Assembly: GCA_965208905.1 (NCBI GenBank)
Contig: OZ242365.1
Location: 896,001-960,000, forward strand
Reading direction: 5' to 3'
DNA: 64,000 nt
Origin: Nitrosopumilaceae archaeon
GTDB taxonomy: Archaea; Thermoproteota; Nitrososphaeria; Nitrososphaerales; Nitrosopumilaceae
The notes beneath the pieces were generated by a model. The model was given only the letters and a program-made list of their open reading frames with translations. It was not told where the DNA came from and did not search any database. This document shows positions 9,080-19,480 of the stretch, piece by piece (within the stretch, counting starts at the first letter, position 1; each line of letters opens with the position of its first letter). Position numbers and translations under genes: made by a program.

Positions 9080-10471
9080 ATGAAAATTGTAATAATGCTC
9101 TTACTATTAGTTGCGGTGGGAACAGCATATGATGCATATGCACAGACCAATTCAGAACGTATACGGACTATAGAGTCGACCACATCTGACATAAAGGATG
9201 CAGTCGACGGTATTGTTGAGACTCTATCCCCAATCGCTGATATGGTGGCAAAACTTGACAATGTACTTGTATCTACAGCAGCAATAAACTCAGATCTGTC
9301 TGAGGTAAAGTCAACCATATCTGGATTTAACACTGCATTGTTGGCCATACAGACTACTGCAGAATCCAACAGGAACCAGCTAAATGGCCTCACATCTCAG
9401 ATACTAGAGATGAATTCAAAGATTGACTCTATTCAAACTGTACTTGGCAGTGGAGGTAGCTCTGGCATTGAGCAACGTCTGGATCTATTAAAGACAACTG
9501 TAGATAACAACAATCTTGCTATCAGTACACGCCTGCAAGCGATAGAGACTAGCCTAGGCTCTCTGGGAACACAACTTCAAGAACCGGCACAAGTTTCTTC
9601 AGCCAACCTAGTTCGTAAGGTACTCAATCAGGATGTAAACAGCTATGACTACAAAGTTAGTGGCAACAAGAGAACCGTATCTGGAGATACAGTCTACTTT
9701 TTGGACATGACGTTTAGTTGTGATGGACCTGTAAGCATAGACAGTGTCAGCACTGATGTTCGCACACCACAAACTCCCATAATACCAACGAACAGTCCTA
9801 ACTCTAGTACTAAAGAGAACTATCTGAAGGTGGATAACAGGGACTTGTATAACAGCAGATTTGAGATATCCTCGGGTAGTTATAGTGTCTTTAATCATGA
9901 TGCTGAGTTTAACCTAAGGCACCTACTTGTTGGAAGCACACTGGACTTTTCCAGTAGACAAGTTGAAGATGGCACAAGGATAGCTGACTCTACACGATCA
10001 TCGTACTCATTTGAATATCAGATCACAGTGGAATATCTAGGAAGCCAGTCTGTCACCTGCACTTTGGATACTGGTCGTGGTACCAGCTCCAATCCAACAC
10101 TGACCAATAGCGACACACTTCTTTTGACTATAACTGCTGATACTACTAGCAGCATCATAAAGCCATTCAGACAGGTTATATCATGTAACAATGACCCAGT
10201 ACAGATAACTAACATAATCGGCAATGCAGTAGGCAGTGGATGGAGTCCAGACTTGGCGAGCTTTGCAAGCTTTGATTTACAATTCCCCAACGATGCTAGT
10301 TCTAATGTATCAATAGGATTTGATTCGGACGGCGCAATATCGCCTACTGAATACCCAATATCGTTTAGTAATAGCAACATGGAAGTTCGCGGCAGCATGC
10401 CGAATGTAAGTCAGCTGTTGGTGCAGATACAATACTCTACAGTAGCTGGCGGCTCTTGTACGGCCCAGTAG
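9080..10471 (+). CDS. secreted surface protein (coiled-coil stalk plus beta-rich domains)
   Basis: Signal peptide, about 150 aa heptad region, S/T-rich C-terminal domains with paired Cys; T-rich terminator follows. Confidence 0.75.
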   Translation: MKIVIMLLLLVAVGTAYDAYAQTNSERIRTIESTTSDIKDAVDGIVETLSPIADMVAKLDNVLVSTAAINSDLSEVKSTISGFNTALLAIQTTAESNRNQLNGLTSQILEMNSKIDSIQTVLGSGGSSGIEQRLDLLKTTVDNNNLAISTRLQAIETSLGSLGTQLQEPAQVSSANLVRKVLNQDVNSYDYKVSGNKRTVSGDTVYFLDMTFSCDGPVSIDSVSTDVRTPQTPIIPTNSPNSSTKENYLKVDNRDLYNSRFEISSGSYSVFNHDAEFNLRHLLVGSTLDFSSRQVEDGTRIADSTRSSYSFEYQITVEYLGSQSVTCTLDTGRGTSSNPTLTNSDTLLLTITADTTSSIIKPFRQVISCNNDPVQITNIIGNAVGSGWSPDLASFASFDLQFPNDASSNVSIGFDSDGAISPTEYPISFSNSNMEVRGSMPNVSQLLVQIQYSTVAGGSCTAQ

Positions 10472-10660
10472 AAAAACTCTTCTTTTTTTAATTTGTTTTC
10501 TATATTTAGTCTTTCTATATAAAATGAGGTACATACCCTAAACTGTCATGATGCCGTCTATACCAGTGATGCATCCTGCATGGAAAAAATTTTAGGTCTA
10601 TGGAGGTCTGCCAGACATACACAAGACCACTGTCAGCCTGCCACACGTTATTTAGTTCTG

Positions 10661-12304
10661 GGTTCCTCCCGCAAAGTCGGGTGATTACACCCCCGCCATG
10701 CGGGATAGTCTGTCGGCCCAGTTGCTCCAGCAACCCTGTATGAGTGGTGTGGGATCGAGTATTACATCCACACCACGACGGACTTCGCCCAGACTGGCCG
10801 AAACCTGACGACCATACCGGGATACGGCGCTTGTTCGCCGTATGTTCTCCACTGCATTGACGTCGCGATCTACGCCAACTGTACAACAGTGGGTGCAGTC
10901 TTTTTTATGATAAGTTCCAGTTAGTGGGGTTCTACATACAGCACATAGCTTGGATGTGTTGTGTGGGCGCATATGTAATGCCTCCACTCCCAAAAATTGG
11001 GACTTTTCATAAATTAAATTCGATGCTTTCCGCATCATGGCAGAATATAATCTGCGACGCATATTATGGAAATCCTCCAACATCACCAAGCACCCGGATT
11101 GTGCGGCCCACTGTGCTATACATAATGCATCCCAAACTTCCCATTCTTCTATCCAACATCACCAAGCACCCGGATTGTGCGGCCCACTGTGCTATACATA
11201 ATGCTATTACATTCAGCACGTTCGTGGCGGCGCACGGCTTTGGCCACCCTGCGTTTTTTATCATTCTTTTTTGACTTTGTGTGGTTATGCGGTATGCTCA
11301 ATATGCATCTGCTCATCTGCCTCTTTATTTCGGCGGCCTTCTTGTGTTTGCCCTCCCTCTTGAGTTTATTGTATCTGCGTTTGAGTTTGCTGTGTAACTT
11401 GTGACCACCATGTGTGACTTGTTGCCTTTCTCTGCGCTCCTCTTTTTTGTGTACAACGCGCCTTCCGGTACGTGCCGCATATGCGATATTATCATGTGTA
11501 CGTGTATACGTATTGTTTGCATCCGCAGTCTTTGCCTCCTCAATGGCCTGTATGGTATCGGATAGATCAAACCGTACCATCGTGTTTTTATCACCTACGG
11601 TGATGTTCTTTTCATTGATGTCTATGCCAATTACATCCCTTGGTGTACCGCCCACATACCCCACATCCGTAAGTAGTTCAATAATCTCTGACTTGCCGTG
11701 TGGGTGGGGGTTTTCAACCTTTGGTACTTTGTTGTAATATGTAATTGTATATGTGGTTGGCGTGATCCACAACTCACCTAGTTCATTTTGTCCTATTCTG
11801 CGTACCACATCTGAAGAGACGGGAATTGCTATCATGTGTCGGTGTTTTGATGAGCCAACATTTGCAACAGCCATATATCCACCCGCTATCGGATTCAGTC
11901 TCCAATCTTGGTTTTTCAACTTTACAACCGGATTACGAAATATAGGCTCAGACACCTTCATGCCCTGCGCAGTCTTTGTTTTGTGCGTTTTATAGGCGAC
12001 GACCCCGTCCCGTATGGCGGTCTGCGTTATAGATGAACGTACTTTGGGGTCAGGGCCGCGCATTGTACTATACATCAATGCATTAACACCATAGGTATCC
12101 TTTCCCGTATTATTCGCTATAATGTACGCCACCTCTGCCACCTTCCTGACATGTTCAAACACATGCCGCATACCCAAATTTTTTGTGAGTGGGCGCGTTA
12201 TAGCCCTGCTATTTTTTACTGATGCCACTACATAGTACGGTTCAATGGTGTATTTAACATCATCCAACACACAACAACCACCACCCGTCCTTGCGGGAGG
12301 AACC
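10661..12304 (-). mobile_element. TIR-bounded non-autonomous element carrying tnpB group A, 8-bp TSD TAGTTCTG
   Basis: TIRs at 10661-10683 and 12282-12304; TAGTTCTG at 10653-10660 and 12305-12312. Confidence 0.93.
10685..12270 (-). pseudogene. tnpB: tnpB group A, frameshifted and internally rearranged
   Basis: Split ORFs 11149-12270, 11064-11264 and 10685-11089 match the intact 49678-51231 copy; 53-bp duplication at 11076-11128/11152-11204. Confidence 0.9.
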
Positions 12305-12318
12305 TAGTTCTGTATGTA

Positions 12319-15150
12319 TTATTGCTCATCGCTTGTATCTGCGGTATATCCTTCTATGAATATTGCAGGATGGTATGACCTGGCAAACTTTGCCTTTCTA
12401 CCAGGATCATTAGATGCATCAGTATCGTTTGTATATACGTGAACATCGCAATCAAACTCTGTCTTTATCATGTATCTCATTTCAGACGCTAAAATACCCT
12501 CTTCATCAAATGTACTGTTGTTCAATCGAGCCTTACGTATGTCTGCAGGTTCTGAGAGTATGTCTTTGAGATACTTTGCAATTTTGTTGGGATGTCTCCT
12601 CAGGTGTGTGGTCTTGGGATTTGATGATATATCACTCATTACATCTTTCATGTTGGTCTTGTCATTCTGTACACAGTTTAACACGGCTTGATATATGTCG
12701 GTGGATTTATCTACGTATAATCGAATAATACTGGGCTTTATACCAGACACCTTTACTATGTTTGTAGTGTCTTTCAGAATAGACTTCATGTACCACTCTG
12801 CGTGTATTGTGTCATGATACTTGTTGGTAGACTCTGGCCATGCCGCCATAGATATTATGTTATCGTGCCCCAAATCACTCCACATCTGCTCGGCAACATG
12901 GGGGGCAAACGGCGCAAGCAGTCGAGCCCTGACATCTAATATGTAATGTGTAATGCCTGGCGGCGCCCTCCGTCCCTTTGCCAAGAGACGTCGGCGGTAC
13001 CATTGCACATCTTGCTCTAATGTATACAATATGTCATGTAAGGCTTCACGTAACCTCATTATCTCCATATTATACGTGACACGATTGATTATCTGATCTA
13101 GTTTAGCATGAATCCATCTATCCTCATGTGTATCATAGTTTTGTAACCCTGTCTGCACACCTTGGCATTCTTGTATCATGCGCTTTAGGCGATCTCCTAT
13201 ATTTGTCACTGACTCAAGGTTGATGTCTGAATCCTGTAGTAGTTCGGCAGAGATAACTATTCCCAGACGTATGGGATCCGCACCATATCTTTTGATGGCG
13301 CTGCGCAGAGGCACTATGTTTCCCATACTCTTTGACATCTTTTTACCATTCATCAGTACAGAACCATTGACTACTATCTGATGCGGCCAATGTTCTTTGG
13401 GGAATAATGCAACATGATTCATAACAAAGAAAGTAAGGTGGTTTGGTACCAAGTCCCGGCCAGAGTGGCGCGTATCCACTGGATAGTAGTATAGAAATTC
13501 ACTGCGAATCTTCTCCATCTGAGATGTAACGTGGCTATGTCTTTTACCATAAAATACATAATTGAAAAAGTCTTGGTCCATCAAATCTGGTGTTATATCG
13601 CCACTATTCACAAACTTCATAATTATGTAGAATGCCATGTATATGGTAGAATCCGACAGACTCTCCACTATCCAGTCATCATCCCAGGGTAGATTGGTTC
13701 CCATGCCGTGTTGTCTGGCACAGGCCCTCTCCCGTAGCCAATCTACAACATTGTTAAACTCTCCTGATATCTCATCTGGAAGTATGCTCATCCCATTTAG
13801 ACACTCTTTTGTCTTCTGCTTCCATGTGTGCTCACCGTAATTTAGAAACCATTGATCTGTAAGCGTCTTTACAACACACACTGTACCACATCTACATCGC
13901 ACCTCCCCATTTAGCTCGCGAAATATCTCCGAGTTGTGTTCTCTCTGTATCCACTCACGAATGTCGTCTTTGCATTCGGATACTATGCGACCTGCAAATT
14001 TGCCACATATACCTAACAGTCTTCCTGTATAGAACTCTTTGTTGTATATCTCCGATGTGGCCTCCTCTAACTTTGTATCGTTTTGATCTCTTATCTCTAA
14101 CTTTTGACAGACTTCTCTGGCTGGCACATCCCCATAATCAGGAACCGCAATCACCGGTATGGGCGATATACTGTAATCCTCTGATATATCATGCAGTGCC
14201 ATATAATCAAAGGGCGCATGCGCAGGAACCGACATCACAAAACCGGTTCCAGTATCTGGTTTAGCGAACTGCGCCGGCAGTACGGGTATGTATACGCCCA
14301 ATGGAGTCTTGACTGTGTTACCTATTATGTTTGCGCCTGGCATACTACCAATCTTTTTTACATCACTTCCTTGAAACTGCAATTTGGTGGTGCACTCTTT
14401 GGATACAATCCATTTTTCATCATTGCGCAGTATTATGTCATATATGACATCTGGATTTACCCACAAGTTGGTCACACCAAATATGGTCTCGGGTCGTAGA
14501 GTTGCTGTTGGAATTATGTAATCTTTCCAGATGAATCGAGCCAGAACATACTCTATAAAGTCCGGCTCCACATCACCTAATGTATCGTGCTGTGAGACTG
14601 GATTTTGATCTTCGGGACACCATCCGACCGGATGTGACCCTTGTATTATCAAATTTTTATCTCGCAGTGATGATATCTGCCACTCTATGAACTTTTTATA
14701 TGCTTCATCTATGGTGGTGAACTCGCGGCGCCAGTCTATCGAATAACCCATCTCCATCATTCCAGTCTTTATCTCATCACGAAAGTAGTTGGCTATGTTT
14801 ATTGGTTTGACAAATCCTTCTATGATTTGCTCGGGCACACCAAATGTATCGCGTAACCCCACCAACAATTCACTATCTCTGTTTAATACGCGCTTTGCCA
14901 TGCCCAGTATGGGCGTCCCCGTATAATGAAATCCCATTGGAAATAGTACATTGTACCCCCGCATGCGCCAGAACCTGGCGTTGACATCTGCTAGCGTGTA
15001 AGTACGACCATGTCCTATATGTTGGGGTGAGTTGGGATATGGATAAGCTACGGTGATTGTCTTTTTTGGTCGGTGATCAGGTTCAGCATCAAATGTATGG
15101 TTGTCTGCCCATACGTGTTGCCAGCGACCTTCAATCTCTTGCCATGTCAT
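12319..15150 (-). CDS. leuS: leucyl-tRNA synthetase (archaeal type)
   Basis: YPYPNSPQHIGH, KMSKS, TLRPET; ATGA overlap with alaS stop. Confidence 0.97.
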   Translation of the reverse strand: MTWQEIEGRWQHVWADNHTFDAEPDHRPKKTITVAYPYPNSPQHIGHGRTYTLADVNARFWRMRGYNVLFPMGFHYTGTPILGMAKRVLNRDSELLVGLRDTFGVPEQIIEGFVKPINIANYFRDEIKTGMMEMGYSIDWRREFTTIDEAYKKFIEWQISSLRDKNLIIQGSHPVGWCPEDQNPVSQHDTLGDVEPDFIEYVLARFIWKDYIIPTATLRPETIFGVTNLWVNPDVIYDIILRNDEKWIVSKECTTKLQFQGSDVKKIGSMPGANIIGNTVKTPLGVYIPVLPAQFAKPDTGTGFVMSVPAHAPFDYMALHDISEDYSISPIPVIAVPDYGDVPAREVCQKLEIRDQNDTKLEEATSEIYNKEFYTGRLLGICGKFAGRIVSECKDDIREWIQREHNSEIFRELNGEVRCRCGTVCVVKTLTDQWFLNYGEHTWKQKTKECLNGMSILPDEISGEFNNVVDWLRERACARQHGMGTNLPWDDDWIVESLSDSTIYMAFYIIMKFVNSGDITPDLMDQDFFNYVFYGKRHSHVTSQMEKIRSEFLYYYPVDTRHSGRDLVPNHLTFFVMNHVALFPKEHWPHQIVVNGSVLMNGKKMSKSMGNIVPLRSAIKRYGADPIRLGIVISAELLQDSDINLESVTNIGDRLKRMIQECQGVQTGLQNYDTHEDRWIHAKLDQIINRVTYNMEIMRLREALHDILYTLEQDVQWYRRRLLAKGRRAPPGITHYILDVRARLLAPFAPHVAEQMWSDLGHDNIISMAAWPESTNKYHDTIHAEWYMKSILKDTTNIVKVSGIKPSIIRLYVDKSTDIYQAVLNCVQNDKTNMKDVMSDISSNPKTTHLRRHPNKIAKYLKDILSEPADIRKARLNNSTFDEEGILASEMRYMIKTEFDCDVHVYTNDTDASNDPGRKAKFARSYHPAIFIEGYTADTSDEQ

Positions 15151-17756
15151 GGTAATAACTCCGTCTTTATCCACGATATGGCTGTATCTATATGCTCGGC
15201 TCCCCTGCCGCCTCCCTGTGCAAATCTTTGGTCTCCAGACGCTCTCCCCTCTAGCATACTTGATGCTGTATTAGCTATATGGAGTGCATCGTGTGTAGAG
15301 TCACTGCCACTATACACCATTATACGTATGGCCGGACCACTCTGAAATATGCCACAGTATGTGGCCATACTGTGAGCCTTTACCAATCTTTTCCCCATAT
15401 TTACATGAAAGTATTCATCGTATCTGTCACCATATATGATACATACTCCCTTGTTGTATGATATATCCTGAGTGTGTAGTGATTCAGTTGGTATCTTTTC
15501 TACTAGTGCAGATATAATCTCTCGATACTCTTTGCGCTTATCTGTATGATCCTTCTTTACTGTAGTGCTGACTGATTTAATGGTGGATGTATTACCTGCT
15601 ACAAACTCTAACCGCACTACTCCATCCTGTATTCTTTTGGCGCGAATTATTCTTATGGCCTTGACTTGCGAGGTGCGTGCCACATGCGTACCTCCACAGG
15701 CCTCTATGTCTATATCTCCTATGGAGACTATTCTGACTTTGTCCACAGGTACGACGCCCCCCTGATATATGCGAAAGCCGTACTTCTCTTCTGCCTCTCC
15801 TCGGTCCATATACTGTATTGATATGGGTATGTCTTGTTGTACTATACGGTTGGCCATATCTTCAATATCTTGAATCTCCGTCTTTGTGAGCGCCGAGTGA
15901 TGTGTTATGTCTAGACGGGCTTTGCCTTGGTCCTTATGGGCTGAGTGCTGCCAGACCCATGATCCCAATGTTAATCGCGATGATGCATTAAGAATATGAG
16001 TTGCTGTGTGATTCTTTGTTATGTCTGTGCGCCTCTCTGTATCTATTATACACTGTACTGTATCTCCACTTTGAGGTGGTGTGTCGTTGGTATAGTGTAG
16101 TATGGCATTCCCATATCTTTGAACATCGGTTATCTTGCAGTCGTTTATGGTGCCAAAGTCCGGCTCTTGTCCGCCACCCCGGGGATAGAATGATGTCTTG
16201 TCGAGTATAATGGCATTATCTACTATCTTGAGTACCTTGGCGGTGAATTGATGTGGATCACTACTGTAGTATAGTGGATCTGTAGATGGTAGTGACCCCA
16301 AGTCGTGCTCCTCTTTTGCCTTCTTTTGTCTCTGGTGTAGCTCAGACAGTCTCTCGTAAAATTCACTGGGGATCTCCTTAATGGCTCCTGTCTCTTTTAG
16401 ATACTCGGGGGTTATCCCATCCGACTCGTATAATGTTAATAACTCCTGCACTGTGGGCGGAGCATCCTGCTTTTGTATATGGTTAGATATCCTTGCCATG
16501 CGGCTCTTTGAGGCGCTATATCTGCCCAGTTCTATCTCTAGTATAGTTTGTACTTCTGAGCGTTTTTCGTCAAGTTCTGGATATGTCCCAGATAGATAGT
16601 CTATATGATGCCGTACCATCTCTGCCAAGTCGTAACCTTCTAGAACCTTGGCTATGCGCCGTATCATCATTCTTAGGTTGTATCCGCCCCCTACATTGCT
16701 GGGGAGAGAGCCATCACATATGGCAAATATCAGGCTTCTGAGATGATCTGTAATCACATATATGGATTCTAGAGGCTCTATGATGCTCTTGTATCTGTCA
16801 TCGGATATGCCCGCCTGTGACGCTGCCTGGCGCCGGAGTATGTTTATGTCGGTGCGCTCTAGACCCTGCGCTATCATGGTATAGTATGACTTTAAAATCT
16901 CAGTATCCCTATCTATTCCCGCTGAATCGGTCATTATGTCTAGTATGGGCCCAAAACAACAATCGTATGCGGTGGGGGTCCCCATGGTAATCCATGAAAA
17001 TCTCTCAAGACCCGCACCCATGTCTATTATGCGATTGTCCAGCACGCTGTGATTGTCTAGTGTGCCTTGGAACTCTGTAAATACCGCGTTGCCCAACTCC
17101 AACCCTCTTACAAAATACTCTAGTGATGAGCCAAAGGATCCTCCCCCCACCCAGACATCTTCCACGAATACTATCTCGTGGGGATTTAGCCCAAATGTTC
17201 GAGTCAATAAATCATAGTCCAACTGTATGCACTTGTCTTTCCAATACCCACCCTCCATGTCTGGTACTGCATGCTGTCCTACCATGCAAAAACTAGAAAA
17301 GTGCCTTCCGCTCACACCGACATTCTCTATATCCTTGAATCGAAGGCATGTCTGGGGTACGATTAGTGGGTTGGCTGGAAACTGAAAGGTTACTCTGCCT
17401 CCTGCCACCCTTTGAAAGTCCACTATGGATGCTATTGTGTAGTATAGGTCAGGACGCCATCTACATACCACCGGATATCTGGGTATTGAAGTGTGATTAT
17501 TTGATACAAAGAACGACTCTATCTGCTTCCATGCCTGAGCGTAATCAAAACGTTTTGTCGTTGGGGGCTCCCCTATGAATGAATACGTATCCAGCCCATC
17601 ATCAGGACATCGGTCTCTGGATGAATCCATAGACCAAAAGAATCTACCACACACACTGCATGCCTTCCTCTCAAACCCCTTCTCTGCAAATAGATCAACT
17701 GTATAGTATCGGTCAGGCTTCGAAGAGAACTTTTTGAGTATTTGAGACTTGTTCAT
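15147..17756 (-). CDS. alaS: alanyl-tRNA synthetase
   Basis: QTCLRF, IDMGAGLER, HTATH and EACGGTH editing motifs. Confidence 0.97.
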   Translation of the reverse strand: MNKSQILKKFSSKPDRYYTVDLFAEKGFERKACSVCGRFFWSMDSSRDRCPDDGLDTYSFIGEPPTTKRFDYAQAWKQIESFFVSNNHTSIPRYPVVCRWRPDLYYTIASIVDFQRVAGGRVTFQFPANPLIVPQTCLRFKDIENVGVSGRHFSSFCMVGQHAVPDMEGGYWKDKCIQLDYDLLTRTFGLNPHEIVFVEDVWVGGGSFGSSLEYFVRGLELGNAVFTEFQGTLDNHSVLDNRIIDMGAGLERFSWITMGTPTAYDCCFGPILDIMTDSAGIDRDTEILKSYYTMIAQGLERTDINILRRQAASQAGISDDRYKSIIEPLESIYVITDHLRSLIFAICDGSLPSNVGGGYNLRMMIRRIAKVLEGYDLAEMVRHHIDYLSGTYPELDEKRSEVQTILEIELGRYSASKSRMARISNHIQKQDAPPTVQELLTLYESDGITPEYLKETGAIKEIPSEFYERLSELHQRQKKAKEEHDLGSLPSTDPLYYSSDPHQFTAKVLKIVDNAIILDKTSFYPRGGGQEPDFGTINDCKITDVQRYGNAILHYTNDTPPQSGDTVQCIIDTERRTDITKNHTATHILNASSRLTLGSWVWQHSAHKDQGKARLDITHHSALTKTEIQDIEDMANRIVQQDIPISIQYMDRGEAEEKYGFRIYQGGVVPVDKVRIVSIGDIDIEACGGTHVARTSQVKAIRIIRAKRIQDGVVRLEFVAGNTSTIKSVSTTVKKDHTDKRKEYREIISALVEKIPTESLHTQDISYNKGVCIIYGDRYDEYFHVNMGKRLVKAHSMATYCGIFQSGPAIRIMVYSGSDSTHDALHIANTASSMLEGRASGDQRFAQGGGRGAEHIDTAISWIKTELLP

Positions 17757-17844
17757 CGTATCAAACAGTATGCATCACATTATGAGTATTTGCCTATCTT
17801 TTTTGTGTTGATGTTCCATTATATAGTACATAGATGATTTGAAC

Positions 17845-19398
17845 GGGAATTATATGGAACAGTGAACATTGGATGCTCATTCAAGTATGGAAACATGTGG
17901 TACATGACCACATACAACTTTATATCTGAAATATCATAATATATCATGCAGACCAAGAAAAACATAATCTATAGAACCCACAAATACAGGTTAAAGACCA
18001 ACAGTAATATCACATCATATGTTGAAAACCTAGAGGCCGAAAACCGTATGTGGGTTGAACTTGGCGTTATGGCACGCAACCTAAACGTACCGTTCACGGC
18101 CGGCAGCAGTCCTGACCCATACCCCCGAAGTATACTGAGGTGCGTTACGGTTGCTAAAGATATGATGGCGGAATGGGAGAACGTCAGTCCTAAATCAATA
18201 TCCATGATTCGCGGCGCAATACTGGCAGGTATTGAGATGAAGGACTGCAAACATCTTAAGGACGGTAAAATCTATCCGATATTCTTTCTTGGTGCGCCAA
18301 AACAAATTAAACATAATATGATATGGTTTACGAAATCCAACGTGCAATTCAGTATAGTACGGGGACGACTGCCCGACGGTACAACAATAGCATCACACAA
18401 AATAGTTGACATAACGAATGATGCAGACCGTAGGCGCGGCCACCGCCAATTCGAACTACACCTAACTATACAAGAACGCATCCCGGATAGAAAGATAACC
18501 AGTCTGACCGCTGGCGTTGATATGGGTAAGTTAACAGCATACGTAGCCTTATCGGACGGCACTACCCGCGTTCTTAGATTATATGATACGGAGATAAACA
18601 AACACATCAGAAAACTTCAATCAGAACGTGACAGGTGCACACATAACAGCAACAAATGGAATAGGATAAACAATCGCATTAGGCGGCAACGCAAGGTATT
18701 GTACAACTGGCAACTAAACGAATATAGACACTTTTGTAAAAAACTGTGTGTGGATTGTGATTTGATAAAATTCGAGAATCTTAACCTGATAAATATAACC
18801 CGCAAGGGAGGTGGCAGGATAAAAGGTAAGAACCGCACACTAAAAGAGAGTAAGGCCGGTGAGGTCCGTGATTGGTGTGTCAAGAAAGCACCCGAATATA
18901 ACACGGAAATAAGAGAGGTTAGACCACATAACACATCCAAAAAATGCCATATATGTCAGAGTAAAAACACTGAACGTTATGGCGGTTTTAAGACATGGCA
19001 TAATGACAAAATCATATATGAAAATTGGAGCCATAACCGAAAGTTCAAATGTAAAAATTGTGGCAACCTCACACACGCCGACTATAATGGTGCTTTCAAC
19101 ATCATGTATGGTCACGATAATAATTATAACAATAATTACGATTACACAAAACCAAACTCGAGACGCGCCCAGAAGGCAAGTCGTTTGTGTATAAAGTCCG
19201 GGTCGGACTTGAGGGACAGGATAAATCTACGCAACCGCACGCCCCCACCGGTTGTAAATGACTGGCAGGTAGTAAAGACCGCACTTCCCAAAAGGGAGAG
19301 CGCGCCAACCAAACACACCCTGAATGGTGTTGACAACACTCAACACCAACGAAAATTATCTCTGAATGAACATGTGTTCACTTAAAGATGTAATTCCC
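17845..19398 (+). mobile_element. TIR-bounded non-autonomous element carrying tnpB group B, 8-bp TSD ATTTGAAC
   Basis: Left end GGGAATTATATGGAACAGTGAACA..; right end reverse complement GGGAATTACATCTTTAAGTGAACA..; ATTTGAAC at 17837-17844 and 19399-19406. Confidence 0.88.
17946..19385 (+). CDS. tnpB: TnpB-family RNA-guided endonuclease (group B)
   Basis: RTHKYRL N-terminus; RuvC AGVDMG / FENL / HADYNGAFNI; Zn finger CHIC..CKNC; TTTATA promoter upstream. Confidence 0.9.
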   Translation: MQTKKNIIYRTHKYRLKTNSNITSYVENLEAENRMWVELGVMARNLNVPFTAGSSPDPYPRSILRCVTVAKDMMAEWENVSPKSISMIRGAILAGIEMKDCKHLKDGKIYPIFFLGAPKQIKHNMIWFTKSNVQFSIVRGRLPDGTTIASHKIVDITNDADRRRGHRQFELHLTIQERIPDRKITSLTAGVDMGKLTAYVALSDGTTRVLRLYDTEINKHIRKLQSERDRCTHNSNKWNRINNRIRRQRKVLYNWQLNEYRHFCKKLCVDCDLIKFENLNLINITRKGGGRIKGKNRTLKESKAGEVRDWCVKKAPEYNTEIREVRPHNTSKKCHICQSKNTERYGGFKTWHNDKIIYENWSHNRKFKCKNCGNLTHADYNGAFNIMYGHDNNYNNNYDYTKPNSRRAQKASRLCIKSGSDLRDRINLRNRTPPPVVNDWQVVKTALPKRESAPTKHTLNGVDNTQHQRKLSLNEHVFT

Positions 19399-19480
19399 AT
19401 TTGAACAGATTTTGGAGCAGCAAAAGTCTCATCTGAGATATACCCCACCGTTAATAAACAAGATGCACAACTGCTTTATC

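Noticed and set aside
11076-11204. Repeat-spacer-repeat resembling a mini-CRISPR
   Set aside because: Both repeat and spacer derive from tnpB coding sequence; it is a local duplication.
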